Assembly (NCBI GenBank): GCA_964016885.1
Contig: OZ024741.1
Coordinates: 317,068,001-317,132,000 of the forward strand
Length of the DNA stretch: 64,000 bases
Direction: 5' to 3'
Origin: Eledone cirrhosa
Lineage: Eukaryota
The position numbers and the translations under genes were made by a program. Position 1 is the first letter of the stretch, and each line of letters starts with the position of its first letter. Of this stretch, positions 25,075 to 38,500 are shown piece by piece. The notes beneath the pieces are model-generated. The model did no database searches, was not told the origin of the DNA, and worked only from the letters and a program-made list of their open reading frames with translations.

Positions 25075-28000
25075 CTACAGAACAATGTAGAGAGAAGGCC
25101 CATTTACACGGGCCATTCTCGCTTCTTTCACCCACCTTTCATAAAACTGTCTGGGACCAAGCACTTCTCTCTCCATCCTGATTCTTCTTCCGAAGTGGTA
25201 TCGGAAGAAGTAAACCAGGTGATGGCCGGAGAGAAAGTCACCCGACCTCAGACCTTTCAGGCGCGTCCACCACACAACCTCTTTCATCATGGCTATTACG
25301 CACAGAAAGACCGCCTCTGCTTCATTTCTGAAGCGAGGAGGCGGCTTGATGTTCACCACAGACTCGGCGGTTAATCGAATCGGCGCCACACGCGACAGCA
25401 GTCGTTCGACGTAGCCCCACAGATCGGCAACGCCCGGGCAGTGTACCAGTGCATGCGCAACGGTTTCCTCGTCGCGCACGCATCTGGGACAGATCTTTTT
25501 CGCGGGATCTCTGCCCGGGCGCCCGTGTCTGTAGAGCTTTTCTCGAACGGGCAGAGCCCCCCGGTAACACTGCCGGGCTAGGGACCTCTGGAAGTTGTCC
25601 ATGGGTCCCGGGCCGAAAGTTCTACCGAACAGGCTGGCCAGTTCGTCCTCCTCCATGCCTAGCGACTCTCCAAGGGTGTCGTCGCCCCTGCTAGCCACCA
25701 ACCCTCTATAGAATGTCGAGGTGGATTCTCCACTGACAGTCGGGTCCGCTTGCCAGATAGCCGTGAGCGCCTGGGCACACTCGGTGTGCCAGTTGCCCAG
25801 TTTTCTCGGTCTTTGCTTCACCCAGGATTGCAGTTCGGTGAGCGAGACGAGCTGTGGGAAGGCTCGCCTCACAAACGGGGCCCACACCGGCTGACCGTTG
25901 AGGAATACCTGTAGATGCCGTAGCCTCAATGCGTGCCTACGCATCAACAGCCACGGCATACCCAGCCCTCCTTTCGAAGGGTGCTGGCAGCAGATGGATC
26001 TCCTCACCATGGGAGGCCGCTTCTTCCAGAGGAACTGGAAGAGCATGCGTTCCATGATGGTGAGCTTTTCCTTGGGGCAAGGCACGACGGTCAGGCGGTA
26101 GTAGATGACGGACGCTATGTAAGCGTTCGTCACCTCCGCCCGACCTTTCAGTGATAGTTTGCACTTGGCCCACTTCTGGGTCAGCGCAAACACCCTGCTC
26201 GTCACCTCGCCCCAATTCTTCTCCACCTGGAGGTCCGGTCCGAACCAGACCCCGAGCAGCTTCACCGGGCCCTCCGTCCACCGCCCGACGACACCGTCTA
26301 ACGGCATCGGTTTGCCCCTCCACGTTCCGAGTTGCAAACCGACTGACTTGTCCTGGTTCAGCTTAGCCCCCGTCAGCCTTTCGTATTCCTCCAGTAGGGT
26401 GGCGATCGCCCCGATTTCCGAGGCGTCCGCCACCATTACTGTTACGTCGTCGGCATAGGCCGAGACCGCTTTGTGCAATCCCGGTTCCAGGGGTATTCCC
26501 CGCAGCAATTCCAACTTCCGCAGCAGTGGCTCGAGAGTCAATACGTACAGAAGGGAGGAGAGGAGGCACCCCTGTCTGATGGATCGGGTGATTTGAAACG
26601 GCTCCGAGAGGTAGCCGTTTACTTTAATCCTAGAGTAGATGTTGCCACTGTGCATGGCGGAAATCCAGCCCCTGAAAACGGGTCCGAAGCCCGCCGCCGC
26701 TAGCACCGCATCCAGGTAACCATGGTCGACCCTATCGAACGCCTTAGATTGATCCAAGTTGATCAGGGCCCCACCAAAGCCGGGTTCGTAGCCAACCCTC
26801 TCTATGATGTATCGCATGAGGTGGAGGTTGTCGTGAATGGACCTGGACGGGATAGCGCATGTCTGCGCGTCTCCCACCAAACCACCCACCACAAGCGCCA
26901 ACCACTTCGCCAACACCTTGGCCAAAATCTGTAACTCTGCATTCAGCAGAGTTATGGGCCTAAAGTTACTTAAGTCGTCCCCCTTGCTCTCGTCCTTCCT
27001 CACTAGCGTGACCACGCCCTTGGTCACAGAACAGGGAATTCTCCCGTTCTGTTGCCAGTTGCAATAGACAGCCTCGAGGAGTTCGGAGAACAAGACCGGC
27101 ATAGCTAAATAAAGTTCGTATGGTAGACCATCGAGACCCGGGGATTTGCGTCTGCTGCATTGGCTGAGCGCTTCCCCGATTTCAGTGGCTGTGATTGGCC
27201 TTTCGCAGCACTCCGCTTCGCCGCTCGAAAGACGCGGTAGACCGTCGAGGTATGGACCGAAGTCCACATCCCCGTCCGGCCCCCCGCCACCTCCGAACAG
27301 TCGAGCAAAGTGCCTTTGAAAGGTCTCGCACATTCGCTCAGGTTCAAGGATCACCCGTCCATCCTGGTCTCGCAAAGACCGAATGGTGGATTTAATGCCA
27401 CTCTTGGCTTCTGTCACGCGGGCCCAGCTAACGGCTTTGGTCCCTTCGTTTCCTAAAGCACGTATTTTACTTCGGACAACGCAGCCTTCGTGCTTCGCGT
27501 CAAAGAACTGGCTCAATGCCGTTCTCGTCGCTAACACTCTGGCTACGTCTCCGCTCCTAATCGCCTCTTCTAGTTTATCTGTTAACTCCCTTTCCCTCCT
27601 ATTTCTATTCGCCGCTAGTTCCTTACTGTAACCTATCGAACTTACTCTAATCTCTCTCTTTAGAGATATCCACCACCTACTGTTGACGATCGCTCCCGTC
27701 AACCGCATCTTAACTAAGCTACTAATCCGGTTTCTGTAATCTTTCTTTGTCGGTAAGGACAAGTTCATCTTCCAGTAACCGGGACCCTGTCTATGCGTTC
27801 TATCAAGGTTGACCACGCAGGTCACTAATTTGTGATCTGAATAGCCAACCATGATCAGTTCTGGACAACTAAATACGTCCCTATCCTTACTCCTAACCAA
27901 AAACCTATCTAGGTACGATCTAGATTGTCCACTGCGGTTTGCCCAGGTCCAGGTTGGCGCAGTTGGACAATCTAGTCGAAATCTATCGACCAGGTCGAAT

Positions 28001-28512
28001 CGATCGAGTAACCCCTTGAGGCTGCTACACCCCCCTCTATCGGGACATGCCCCTGCATAGTCCCAACGCGCATCTAGGATTCCATTCCAGTCCCCCACTA
28101 AAAGCAGGGAACGCGACGTTCCTAGAAAAGTCTCCAGACGCTGGAAGAAGTCGGCTCTTTCCGCCCCGAAGGGAGCATAAAGACCGACCAGTCTGAAAGC
28201 CCCGCCTTCACCGCCTCCGACGTCCAGCACCAGTAATCAACCCCCCGGGTCCGAGTGAACAATCTGTACGTCGAGAGTCAGACGTTTATCCAGCAGTACG
28301 GCAACTCCCCTCCCCCCCCCCCGGCCTCCGGGTTGACAGAGAGATGCGTGCATCTCAAAGTCATCGAAGGCGGGCGCCAGCTGTCTCACGCTGCTGATCC
28401 GACTCTCGCAAACAACCATCACATCTATACTTTGTGACCTGAGGTCACTTAGAAGCTTTGCTTGCTTCCAAGCTGAGCCCAGGCCACGCGCGTTCAAACA
28501 GCCAACTCTCAA
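25075..28512 (-). pseudogene. LINE ORF2: APE endonuclease + RT + C-terminal CCHC; one in-frame TGA at 28237-28239
   Basis: LNARGL, LYAP, VGDWN, SYLDRF, SDHKLV, GPGYWKMN, KSPGLDG, FRPITLLN, DQSKAFDRVDH, RQGC, YADD, LLGV, GGLG, CPRC..ETVAHALVHC. The ORFs 28237-28512 and 25075-28230 are in the same frame. Confidence 0.95.
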
Positions 28513-28517
28513 TTGAT

Positions 28518-30380
28518 CTATTTTGGTGTTGAAAGTGAAGAAAGAAAAGCACTTACCTCTCCGGGTTGCGTAATTTCCATGGCATCAGGTGTGTTGGGTG
28601 GAGGGATGTTTTGTGGTGGTGTGGGGGTACACGTGTGTGGCGGGGTTGGGGTATTTGGAGTTGTGTCAGGGAGAGGGGCGGTTATGGGGAAATCTTTCAA
28701 GAGGACGCGATTCAACGGTTTTAAACAGGGGGGCTCACGTCCCGTCTAAATTGTTCTTTTAAGGAACGATAAAGGTCCAGAGGGACCTTTATCATTTTTA
28801 AATGGGTGAAGTTCTCTGTTGAGATAAAGTTTGGCCCTTCGGTCTGCACCATAGGGTTATTGTTTATTAATTTAACCAGTTTTTTGTTTTCTTTATTTAT
28901 ATATGTGTATTGCAACGTCTTTTTTTGTGATGCTGTCAATGTTTCGGAGAGGGGAGGCGCAGATTTATTTTTGTTTGTTGAGGGTGGGGTGTTTTTGATT
29001 GGAGTTGGTGTTTGTGTGTGGGTTATTTGTGGTGTGCTGGGTGTGTGTTTTCTTTTTTTTCTTTTAACTTGTCTGAAGGCTTCTCCTCCTTCTTCTTCAG
29101 AAGTTGGGGGAAACTCTTCAGCGCTAGGTGGGAGGGACGTGTTGTGTGGTTGTTTTTTTTTGCGGGAGGGGTAGATTTGTTACTGTTTTTTTTTTATTAT
29201 TTGTTTGGAATGGGTTTTGTGGTGGTGGTGGTAATGTTTGTGTCGTGCTTGTGGTTGGTGATGGTCGTGGTGATGTTTGTGTTGTGGTTGGTGGTGGTGA
29301 TTTTTGTGTCGTGCTTGTGTTTGGTGCTGGTGGTGGTGATGTTTGTGTTGTGTTTGTGGTTGGTGGTGTCTGTATTTTGTTTGCTGTGTGTGGTATTAGT
29401 GTATTTTTGGAGGTGGGTGGTGTTGGTGTACTGTTTGTGGTGGGTGTGGGCAATAGTCCTTTTTGGGGGATACGTTTCGGGCAGTTAGCCTTAACGTGTC
29501 CCCTTTCCATGCATAAATAGCATGCTGGTCTTCTCCCCTCTACAATTATGTCTATTGGGGTAAGGTCATCCAGCCAGATGCGATCCGGGATTTGTGCTAT
29601 TCTTTCGGGCCTCATTTGGACTAGTATGTCGAGGCCCATTCCCAGGAACGCATCTCCAGTTGCCTTCCCCATTGACAGCATTGTGTCTTCGCCCATATCA
29701 ATGAAGCCAGCAATAGGCCACCAGAAGTCCATTGTGGGCAGCATTGTTTTTACTTTTACTCTCTGTGTTCTTCTACCCATGTAGGAGGGATAGAAGCTAT
29801 ATGTTGTCGACGAGAGTGGGCTTAGGGAAAGCTTCTCCGCGGTTTCTTTGTCTCTTGTTAGGACCGAAATGCTGCCATAGAGTCGGTCCTTTCGTATGAA
29901 GAGAATATTCTTCATATAGTCTTTTAGGACTAACTCTATTTCCATTTGGCTGGGCTGTGCTGGCTTTCTTGTCTGGTTCAGTATAGTTCTGTAGAGAACT
30001 GTGTTTTCTGCTCTGGCTTTCTTGAATTCTGGGGGGGGGGAGTTAATGGAAAACATTCCGTTCTCCCCCAAAACAATGTGTTTCTTTGCTTCGGCCAGTT
30101 TTTCTCTGGCGGCAGTTAGGTCAATTGGTGTGTATGTAATGGATTGTTTTGTTTTCTGGGCGAAAGTTGCCCTGTCGTTATTTGTATTATTTTCTGTTTG
30201 TTTGTTTTCTGTTTGCTCATTTTCCTTAACATTTGTTTTTTCATTTTGTTTGTTTGTTTCAATGTCTAATTTTGTTGTAATTATTTTTTGTTCTTCAGAC
30301 TTGGGGGGCGTGGCAGAGCTAATGGCAGACATGTCTGCCATCTTTTCCTCCATGCTGCCAAGAAAGAAATTTTTCGGCAA
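28518..30380 (-). pseudogene. LINE ORF1 with CCHC zinc knuckle and Thr/Pro-rich tail; about two frameshifts
   Basis: GRRPACYLCMERGHVKANCP (CX2CX4HX4C); main ORF 29124-30380; continues in shifted frames (A-runs at ~29150-29195 and a shift at ~28740) to TAG at 28518-28520. Confidence 0.85.
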
Positions 30381-30554
30381 AAATAGATATTTATTTTACC
30401 CCCTAAAAAGGGGGTAAATGCAAAAATGTTTCCCTAAATAACAGGGGTTAGTGTTCCAAATGTGTTGCACTAAAAAATTTATCCGGTACTTACAATAGTA
30501 AGGGTAAATTCCGATGGAATAGCGGAGCCGATGCGAAGCGTGTCTTACTCTATC

Positions 30555-30592
<38 letters not shown>

Positions 30593-30782
30593 TTACTAAA
30601 ATTCTGTGATTGCTTGCTTGCTTGCTTGCTTACTTGCTTGCTTGTCTGTAATGTAATAGAGCCAAAAGGGCCATGATGGGAAAATAGTTTGAAAGGAAGT
30701 TGACCCTGAAATGCGAATACAAATGGAATAAAATCGGTGCACGTGTTCCCGAGTTACGGAGTTTTTCTGGATACATTCATAA

Positions 30783-30857
<75 letters not shown>
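30783..30857. repeat. (GA)n microsatellite
   Basis: Directly visible. Confidence 0.95.
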
Positions 30858-30859
<2 letters not shown>

Positions 30860-31399
30860 ATAGAGTGAAAGAGATAATAGTTGTGAGAGATTAGGTTGAA
30901 AGAGAGACATAGAGGGAGAGAGGAGAATGGAAGAGAGCTGGTGGCATTGTTGTGAATATATATATATATGTCTGTGTGTGTGTGTGTGCGTGTGTGTGTG
31001 TGTATGTGTATGTATATGTGTGTGTGTGTCTATGACCAGTGTATATAGATCACAGACGCCCACATATATATATATATACAAATACATATATATATATATA
31101 TATATACATACACACATTTATATATTTCCATACACACACGTATATATATATGGGCCTTCTAATTTCATTTCACATCATATACATGTCTGTGTATATTTTA
31201 ATTATTTAAAAATTCTTTTTAAGTGAACATGATTTTTTTTAAATATTTTGACGTGGACGTGACCCAATATACAATGTGATCTAATATACAATATAATTAA
31301 CGCAAACAGCCGAGAAATTAAGAAATTCACTTCGTTATCCTGACTTCTCGGGTGAAATCTTTATCATAGTTTTCAGTTGCCCCAAACCTTTTGAGTGAA

Positions 31400-31623
31400 A
31401 TTTGGTAGACAGAAACTGCTTGGAAGCTCTCTGTCGGATAGGCTGTACCTGTAATTCAAAAGTTCCAGACTTGTCACATTCTGTATTACGCTGATTCTAC
31501 TTGGTAATAACATTAAGGTTAAACGTGTCCGTCAAGTGTTCAACCCATTACACACATTCGCGAATAGAATATTCAGTTAACCAAACAAATGAGTGCTCAT
31601 CGTCGAAACTGATGGAGGATCCA
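31400..31623 (+). mobile_element. Degenerate 3' part of SINE family B
   Basis: CCTGTAATTCAAA..CTTGTCACA..ACGCTGA..CATCGTCGAAACTGATGGAGGATCC resembles the reverse complement of 44464-44682 and 53916-54059. Confidence 0.6.
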
Positions 31624-31714
31624 TTAAAAATCGACAATATTCTATAGATTCGATCATACATATCCGATAGAATTTATGTTAGATGGAAAGGAAAGGAATC
31701 GAGCAGCACGCACC

Positions 31715-33705
31715 CATTTCAGTCCGCCAAAAACCGAATTGTGGTTTTATTGCTATAATTCGGTCTTTGTGGGAGACCCTACATTATCCCTATTTGCTAA
31801 CCTAATGAAAAACCTATCTAAATACAATCTAGATTACCCTGTGCGATTGCACACTGTCCACACTGTCGCATTCGGGAAATCTAGTCAGTACCTGTCAGAC
31901 AGTTGAAATCGTAAGATCAACTTCTTGAGACTTTTGCATGTCCCAGTTTTATCGGCTACTCCTTCACAGTCCAAACGTGCGTTTAAGATGCCATTCCAGT
32001 CCCCTGCTAACAGTAAAACACGAGACGTTCCAAGACGTTTGAAAAATCTGCCACGGCCTAGACGGACACCAGTCTAAACTCGCCATCTTAACTATTGCTC
32101 ACTTCCAGGACCACCAACTTACTGTCTGAGTCCATGAAGATCGTACGTACCTCGAGTTTCTGGACTTTCCTAAAGATCAATGCCATCCCGCTTCCGTTTC
32201 CAGGCCGACTATGAGATGCGTATATCCCAAAGTCGTAAAAAATGTGGGCTAGTGCGTGCGTGTCGGGAATCATGGTCTCGCTAACAGCTGTAACATCTAA
32301 TTCGAGGGGCCTGAGCTCATTGAACAAGTGACATTTCTACCAGGATGCCCCAGGCTACGTACATTTATGGAACCTGCTCTTAAAATAGTCATGTTAGATG
32401 GAAAAAGTTAAGAGAATAGGTGGGGGGTTACATACCTTCACGGCGCTGTTGGAGATTGGGTGGTTCGACCTCCGTATCTGGTTGGGTTTCCTTTGCGAAC
32501 CCTTTTAAAAGCCTACTGGTGGTTTTTACATGAGAGATGCTTACGCCATAGGGGAAACTGTCCCTAATGTTTTTGTATGATTGTTATTTTTTTACCTTCT
32601 GGGGCTCTAACTCATCTTCACTTCGAGATGAGGAGAACCAGTGTCTGCGGAATCTATTTCGAATAAAGGTGGGGCTATGCTTGTGTTTGTGAGTGTGTCT
32701 ATGTGTGTGTTTGTGTTTGATGAGCCGAAGAGAGAGAAGGATAGGTAGAGGGAAGCTTCTTTGGGAGACCCCTTCCCCCACTGACGTCTGTTGTTTATCT
32801 TTCTGCCGTTTGTTGTTGTGATTGTGCTTCTGCTTCTGCTGCTGCTGCTGGTGCTGTTGGTGTTGCTGTTGTTTCTGGTGTTGGTGCTGCTATTGCAGTT
32901 GCTGGTTTTGCTGTCACTGGTGTTGATGCTGCTGTTGCTACTGGGCTTGGTGCCACTGTTTTTTGTTTATTTTTTGTTCGCTGTGTTGTTGATGGGGCTT
33001 TTTGAGTCTTGGAGTTCAGCAAGGGGACTCTGAGGTTCCCTGTCTTCTGTTGAGGGCAGAAAGCTCCCAAGTGGCCAGTTTTTCCACTCAGGTGGCACCG
33101 AGGTCTTCTACTCTTAATCTTAACATGCAACTCCACCCCTTCCGAAAGGTGAATGAGGTCTGGGATCATGTGGATTCTATCTGGTTTTATGTGAAATAGT
33201 ACTTCCACACTCATCCCAGACCAGTTTTCTCGTTGTCTTCGTTTGTTGTGTTTATTTTATTTTGTAGTTCTTGTGATGATGGCGGCGGTATTGAATTTTT
33301 TTAAAGCGGGAAATTTATATCATAATTTTCAGCGTATCATTGTAGTTGTTGTTGATGTTGTTCTTTTTGTTGGTATTGTTTTTGTAGTTATTGCTGCTGC
33401 TGCTGCTGCTGCTGCTGCTCCTGTCATTGTTTTGTGAATTTTGGCTCTTCCATCCTGTGAAAGTCGGCTGTGCTATCTTAAGTGCGTAAAATCGTTGTCC
33501 GCCATCTTATTTTTTAAAAGAATTGAAGGACATGTTTGGAAAAGAAACCCAGATTTACCCTTTAAGGGCTGCAGGTAGAGAAAAACTAACCCGCTTACGA
33601 ATATACGGGTTAGTTTAATTATAAACGAAGATCAAATGTTAAAAAAAAATAGATTGAAATAACAACAAACTTACGAGAGCGATCTATAACATGTGTCGAT
33701 AGACG
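31715..33705 (-). mobile_element. Degenerate L1/Tx1-type LINE: 5' UTR, internally deleted ORF1 and APE endonuclease
   Basis: IPDLIHLSEGVELHVKIKSRRPRCHLSGKTGHLGAFCP is homologous to ORF1 above; MTILRAGSINVRSLG at ~32392; DVTAVSET, AGDWNGIL, YLDRF. The 5' end abuts (AAC)n(AAT)n. Confidence 0.85.
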
Positions 33706-33741
33706 AACGAACAAAACAACAACAACAACAAAAACAACAAC

Positions 33742-33792
<51 letters not shown>

Positions 33793-34123
33793 CATTTTAC
33801 TTTTTCATTTTTCCATTTGCATAGTTTTGCCTGGAGGTAGAACTTCTAATGCTTTTCGTTTTTGTCTCTGTTTTTACTTCCTTCTATATTGTTTGGTTTC
33901 TTTTACTGATGATTTCAATGTCCGAAATTATTTTTATGCCAAACACATCAAGGTATTCAAATCAACTAGATTAACTTGGTTATATTATTGTACACCACTT
34001 GTAAATAGTCCCACTAGCTTAGACGTTGGTAAATATAACCCACCATTTTGTCTGGCAGTCTGTATGCATGTATGTCTGTTTGTATGTCAAACATATTATC
34101 GAAAATTATATATATGTGCGTGC

Positions 34124-34171
<48 letters not shown>

Positions 34172-34584
34172 TCATCATTCATATATACATATATATATTC
34201 ATATATTCATATATTCATATATACATATATACATAAATATGTATATACACATATACATATATGTGTGTGCGTGTGTATGTGTGTGTGTGTGTGTGTGAGG
34301 GGGTGTTACTTGTGTGTCTCTATAAATGCATTGATTTATATGCGTTTATATAAATATGTGTATATAGAATATATATGTGCGCGTGCGCGCGCGTTTGTGT
34401 GTGCATCGGTGTGTGTATAATTTTACATACCAGTGTCATGTATCTATCTGTCAATCTATCTATCTGTATCAATCTCTCTCTCTATATATATATATCAATG
34501 TAATTATGATGTAGATATCGATCTGTTTATATATCTGTAAACCAATCTATTTATCAAAACATCTAACTATCTCTCTATATATAA

Positions 34585-34667
<83 letters not shown>

Positions 34668-34683
34668 GAGAGAGAGAGAGAGG

Positions 34684-34718
<35 letters not shown>

Positions 34719-34844
34719 AGAAAAAAAGAAAGAGATAACGAGATACGTTGCAGTATAGATAAATATGTGTATATGTAAGCGTGGTTTTGTATGTAAGTAT
34801 ATATATACATGCCCGCCCGTCCGTTCAATCTTCCTAATTTCTCA

Positions 34845-34890
34845 TTCTTTCTTCTAATGAAGGACTAGCGTCCGAAACGTTAAAACCCTC
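34845..34890 (+). ncRNA. Degenerate hammerhead-like relic (same repeat family as 47718-47766)
   Basis: CTAATGA-A-GGAC-TAGC-GTCC-GAAACGT; the core box is mutated. Confidence 0.35.
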
Positions 34891-34970
34891 TTCCTGCCAT
34901 TTCAAGCGTTAACCTAATACATTCCTTCCATATATTGTACCAATTGTGTTGTTATTTCTGTTTACCTTTT

Positions 34971-35040
<70 letters not shown>

Positions 35041-35283
35041 TGATTAAAATGATTGGATATGTATACCATGCCTTCGGATCTTTATTTTGATTGATACAAA
35101 TACTCCGTTTTACATCATCTAGCTGTTCCCATAAATGGAATTGGAGATATACAAAAGCGTGGAGAACTTAATATTGCTAACAAAAGTTTATTGGACCGTA
35201 TCACACAACCAATAATACACCTTACTATATATATATATATATATTGGGATTTACGATTTTAGCTCTGAAATAGCGATGTATAC

Positions 35284-35852
<569 letters not shown>

Positions 35853-36296
35853 ATATTGTTATATTTAGAGATGGTTATTTTGCTATTTTTGCCTGTAAAA
35901 ACACGCACATTTCGATTTTCACATCACCTTTATTATTTGTTATTAATTGGCCAAAGCTCTTTCGTCACACACTGTGACCTCCACAATGACATTTGTTCTT
36001 CTTCTCTGTATCTCTTGTTTTTTTATCTTAATCCGTTTACTCCATCTTATCTTTCTTTGGTTTTTCTTAGACTACAGAATATAGTGCTTTCAGCGACTTG
36101 CTAGCCTGGATGAGGCTCACGTTGTCAGTTGTATGTTTTTGTTTTTCAAAACAAATACATAAATGTATATTTGTGTGTGTGTATTCTCCTACCTTTCTAT
36201 ATATTTCGTAAATAATAATTCATCTCTCTATTTATCCCTTTAGCTATAAGTTTCTGTGGCCGTTCTTATATTTATTCAACTCTATCTCTATGTATG

Positions 36297-36342
<46 letters not shown>

Positions 36343-36477
36343 TGTGTCTGTGTCTGTGTGTGTGTGTCTGTGTGTGTGTCTGTGTGTGTGTATGTGTGTG
36401 TGTGTATGTGTATGTATGTGTATGTATGTGTATGTGTGTAATGTATGTATATATCTATGCATGCACGTGTATATATA

Positions 36478-36806
36478 TCTATATTACTAAAACAGAGAAT
36501 GTCTGTTTGTCTGTCTGTCCAATCACTAAAACTCGAGAACCACCCAACCGAGTATTTTCAAACTTTACACATATAATACTTATGGTCCCGTGAGTGTTTT
36601 GAGCAAAAGAAATTTCAAATTTTCAACGCCCTAGGGAGCGCATTATGCGATTTAGCTATCTCTTTCTATAATTCTTAGTCTTTCTCTTTTTAGAAAGATA
36701 CATAGATATAACGTTGCGCCATTATAATATCTGTCTGTATGCCTGGCTGTCTGCATTACGTCATTATGACGCGGTGTGTGTGTATGTGTGTATGGTGTGT
36801 GTGTAT

Positions 36807-36896
<90 letters not shown>

Positions 36897-37010
36897 TGTG
36901 TAACGTTTTTCGAAATATTTACTTCTGCGTTCACAGATTTATTATTTTAGTTTCAGAAGATCCCGTTAAGGTTGAAATCAGCGATTCTTTGCTTAAACTT
37001 TAATCTGTTA

Positions 37011-37015
<5 letters not shown>
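36478..37015 (+). mobile_element. Non-autonomous Helitron, 5' half
   Basis: Starts TCTATATTACTAAAACAGAGAATGTCTG; colinear with 54546-55040; ends in (TA)n. Confidence 0.75.
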
Positions 37016-37073
<58 letters not shown>

Positions 37074-37154
37074 GAGGTAAGCGGAGCAAGCAAAATTCAA
37101 ACAATTTTTTTAAATAAATTAAAAAATATAATTTAAATATTTACCTATTCCAAT

Positions 37155-37237
37155 TGCTTTTACCGAACGGTTTCACTTCACAAAAGATTGGAGATCCCTA
37201 GGGACCTCCAAAGGAAAGTTTAGATCATCAGAAAGCA
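37155..37237 (-). ncRNA. Type I hammerhead ribozyme candidate with extended stem II
   Basis: Minus strand: TGCTTT-CTGATGA-...TTGGAGGTCCC-TA-GGGATCTCCAA...-GAAA-CC-GTTC-GG-TA-AAAGCA; 6-bp stem I, 3-bp stem III, GUA triplet; the base of stem II is irregular. Confidence 0.55.
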
Positions 37238-37808
37238 TTTTCCTTTCCTAGGACAGAAAGTCCAGGGAACGGCAAAATATATTGCCATCTGCCAGCTAGC
37301 ACAGGATCGAATGGGGCCGAAAATTTGACCTATGCATGAACCAGCCCTTAGGTGCAAAGAATGCAAATCAGCTGATAGTGTAGAAGATGTGACGATGGTA
37401 TTGGAAATTAATTCAGATATCTATTTTGACTCAAAGTTAGATATAATATAAGAAGGCTTTAGACTGCGTTAAACATATATTAGATTGGAACAAATAAAGT
37501 TTAGTCAAATGTTTGTGGACATATATATTTATTGTATAAAGTAATTTCTCAATTGTGAATGCAGATGTCATCAAATGAATACATAATTGTGTGGCAAAGT
37601 TTATAGTGTATGCATGGAATATGAAAATTTAGAATTATAAATTTGGACAGAACATATGCGCAATTCGAACATCATGTCTATGAAAATTCTGTCTCACTGA
37701 TTTTCATTCTAACTCTGATATCGAAACATCTGAAACTATCTAACCTTCCATCATAATTTTATGTAAAAACCTTTGTTAAGTTGTGTTCCAAGCAGCAGCT
37801 TAATAATT

Positions 37809-37936
37809 GTTTCTACTTTTGGCACAAGGCCAGCAATTACCTACTACATTACTGGTACTTTATTTTATCGACCCCGTAAGGATGAAAGGCAAAGTTAACC
37901 TCGACGGGATTTGAACTCAAACCGTAAAGGGACGTA
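37809..37936 (-). mobile_element. SINE family A, 5'-truncated
   Basis: GGCACAAGGCCAGCAA..GGTACTTTATTTTATCGACCCCGTAAGGATGAAAGGCAAAG..GGGATTTGAACTC shared with the other copies. Confidence 0.88.
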
Positions 37937-38394
37937 GAGAGAGTTAGTTATCTTAGTAAATCTCTTTAAATTCCTGATTATTTTCAAAGTTATTTGAAAA
38001 TCAAAGACAGTGTTTATCATTAGCCATATGGTAATGAATGTTTTAATGTAACGTTCATATCTTCTGGGCAGCTGACATTTATAACACTAAAGCCAAATAC
38101 TTTAATTCTCACAATTAAAAAATAAAAATAGGGTAAGGGAGAGATAATGAAAGAAAGAAAGAGATGTGTATATGATACATTCTACATTAATGGCTGGACA
38201 GCATACTCAGCTGCACTCTGCGGACAAAATGACGTAAGTGTTGTCTCCAAAAAAAAGCCACCCATATCTACTGCTGCATCAGTAATTTCCCCCAAGCGGG
38301 GCTCCTTTTTCGGAGATGATGCCATCAATCTGATCTGATGAAGAGAAAAGGACAGTTCAGAAACTGAGGACACCGGATGTCTCAAAGTATTTGT

Positions 38395-38500
38395 TTCTTT
38401 TTCTTCCCAAAGAACAATGTCAGGCTTGTTGTCTTTGTATTTGTCGAAAGGTTTGATTGGAATGTTTGCACCAATATTATTATATTATTTCTGCTGAAAA
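38395..38500 (-). pseudogene. Old fragment of an R4/Dong-type restriction-like endonuclease
   Basis: NIPIKPFDKYKDNKPDIVLWEEK resembles NLKIKTATKLKHNRPDIVV at ~2800-2860; TATG-type repeats begin ~150 bp away. Confidence 0.45.

Larger units (their letters stand above)
24845..30556 (-). mobile_element. Full-length L1/Tx1-type LINE (~5.7 kb) inside a (GATA)n tract
   Basis: 5' UTR, ORF1, ORF2 and a 3' UTR with AATAAA; (GATA)10 at 24805-24844 and (GATA)9 at 30557-30592. Confidence 0.93.

Noticed and set aside
28237-28239. Programmed readthrough or selenocysteine at the ORF2 TGA
   Set aside because: A point mutation is simpler; the copy has other lesions and no supporting signal was seen.
24905-30417. 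Many short ORFs overlapping the LINE
   Set aside because: Alternative-frame or antisense shadows of ORF1/ORF2.
38335-38366. CTGATGA...GAAAC on the + strand as a hammerhead
   Set aside because: No convincing stems I-III.
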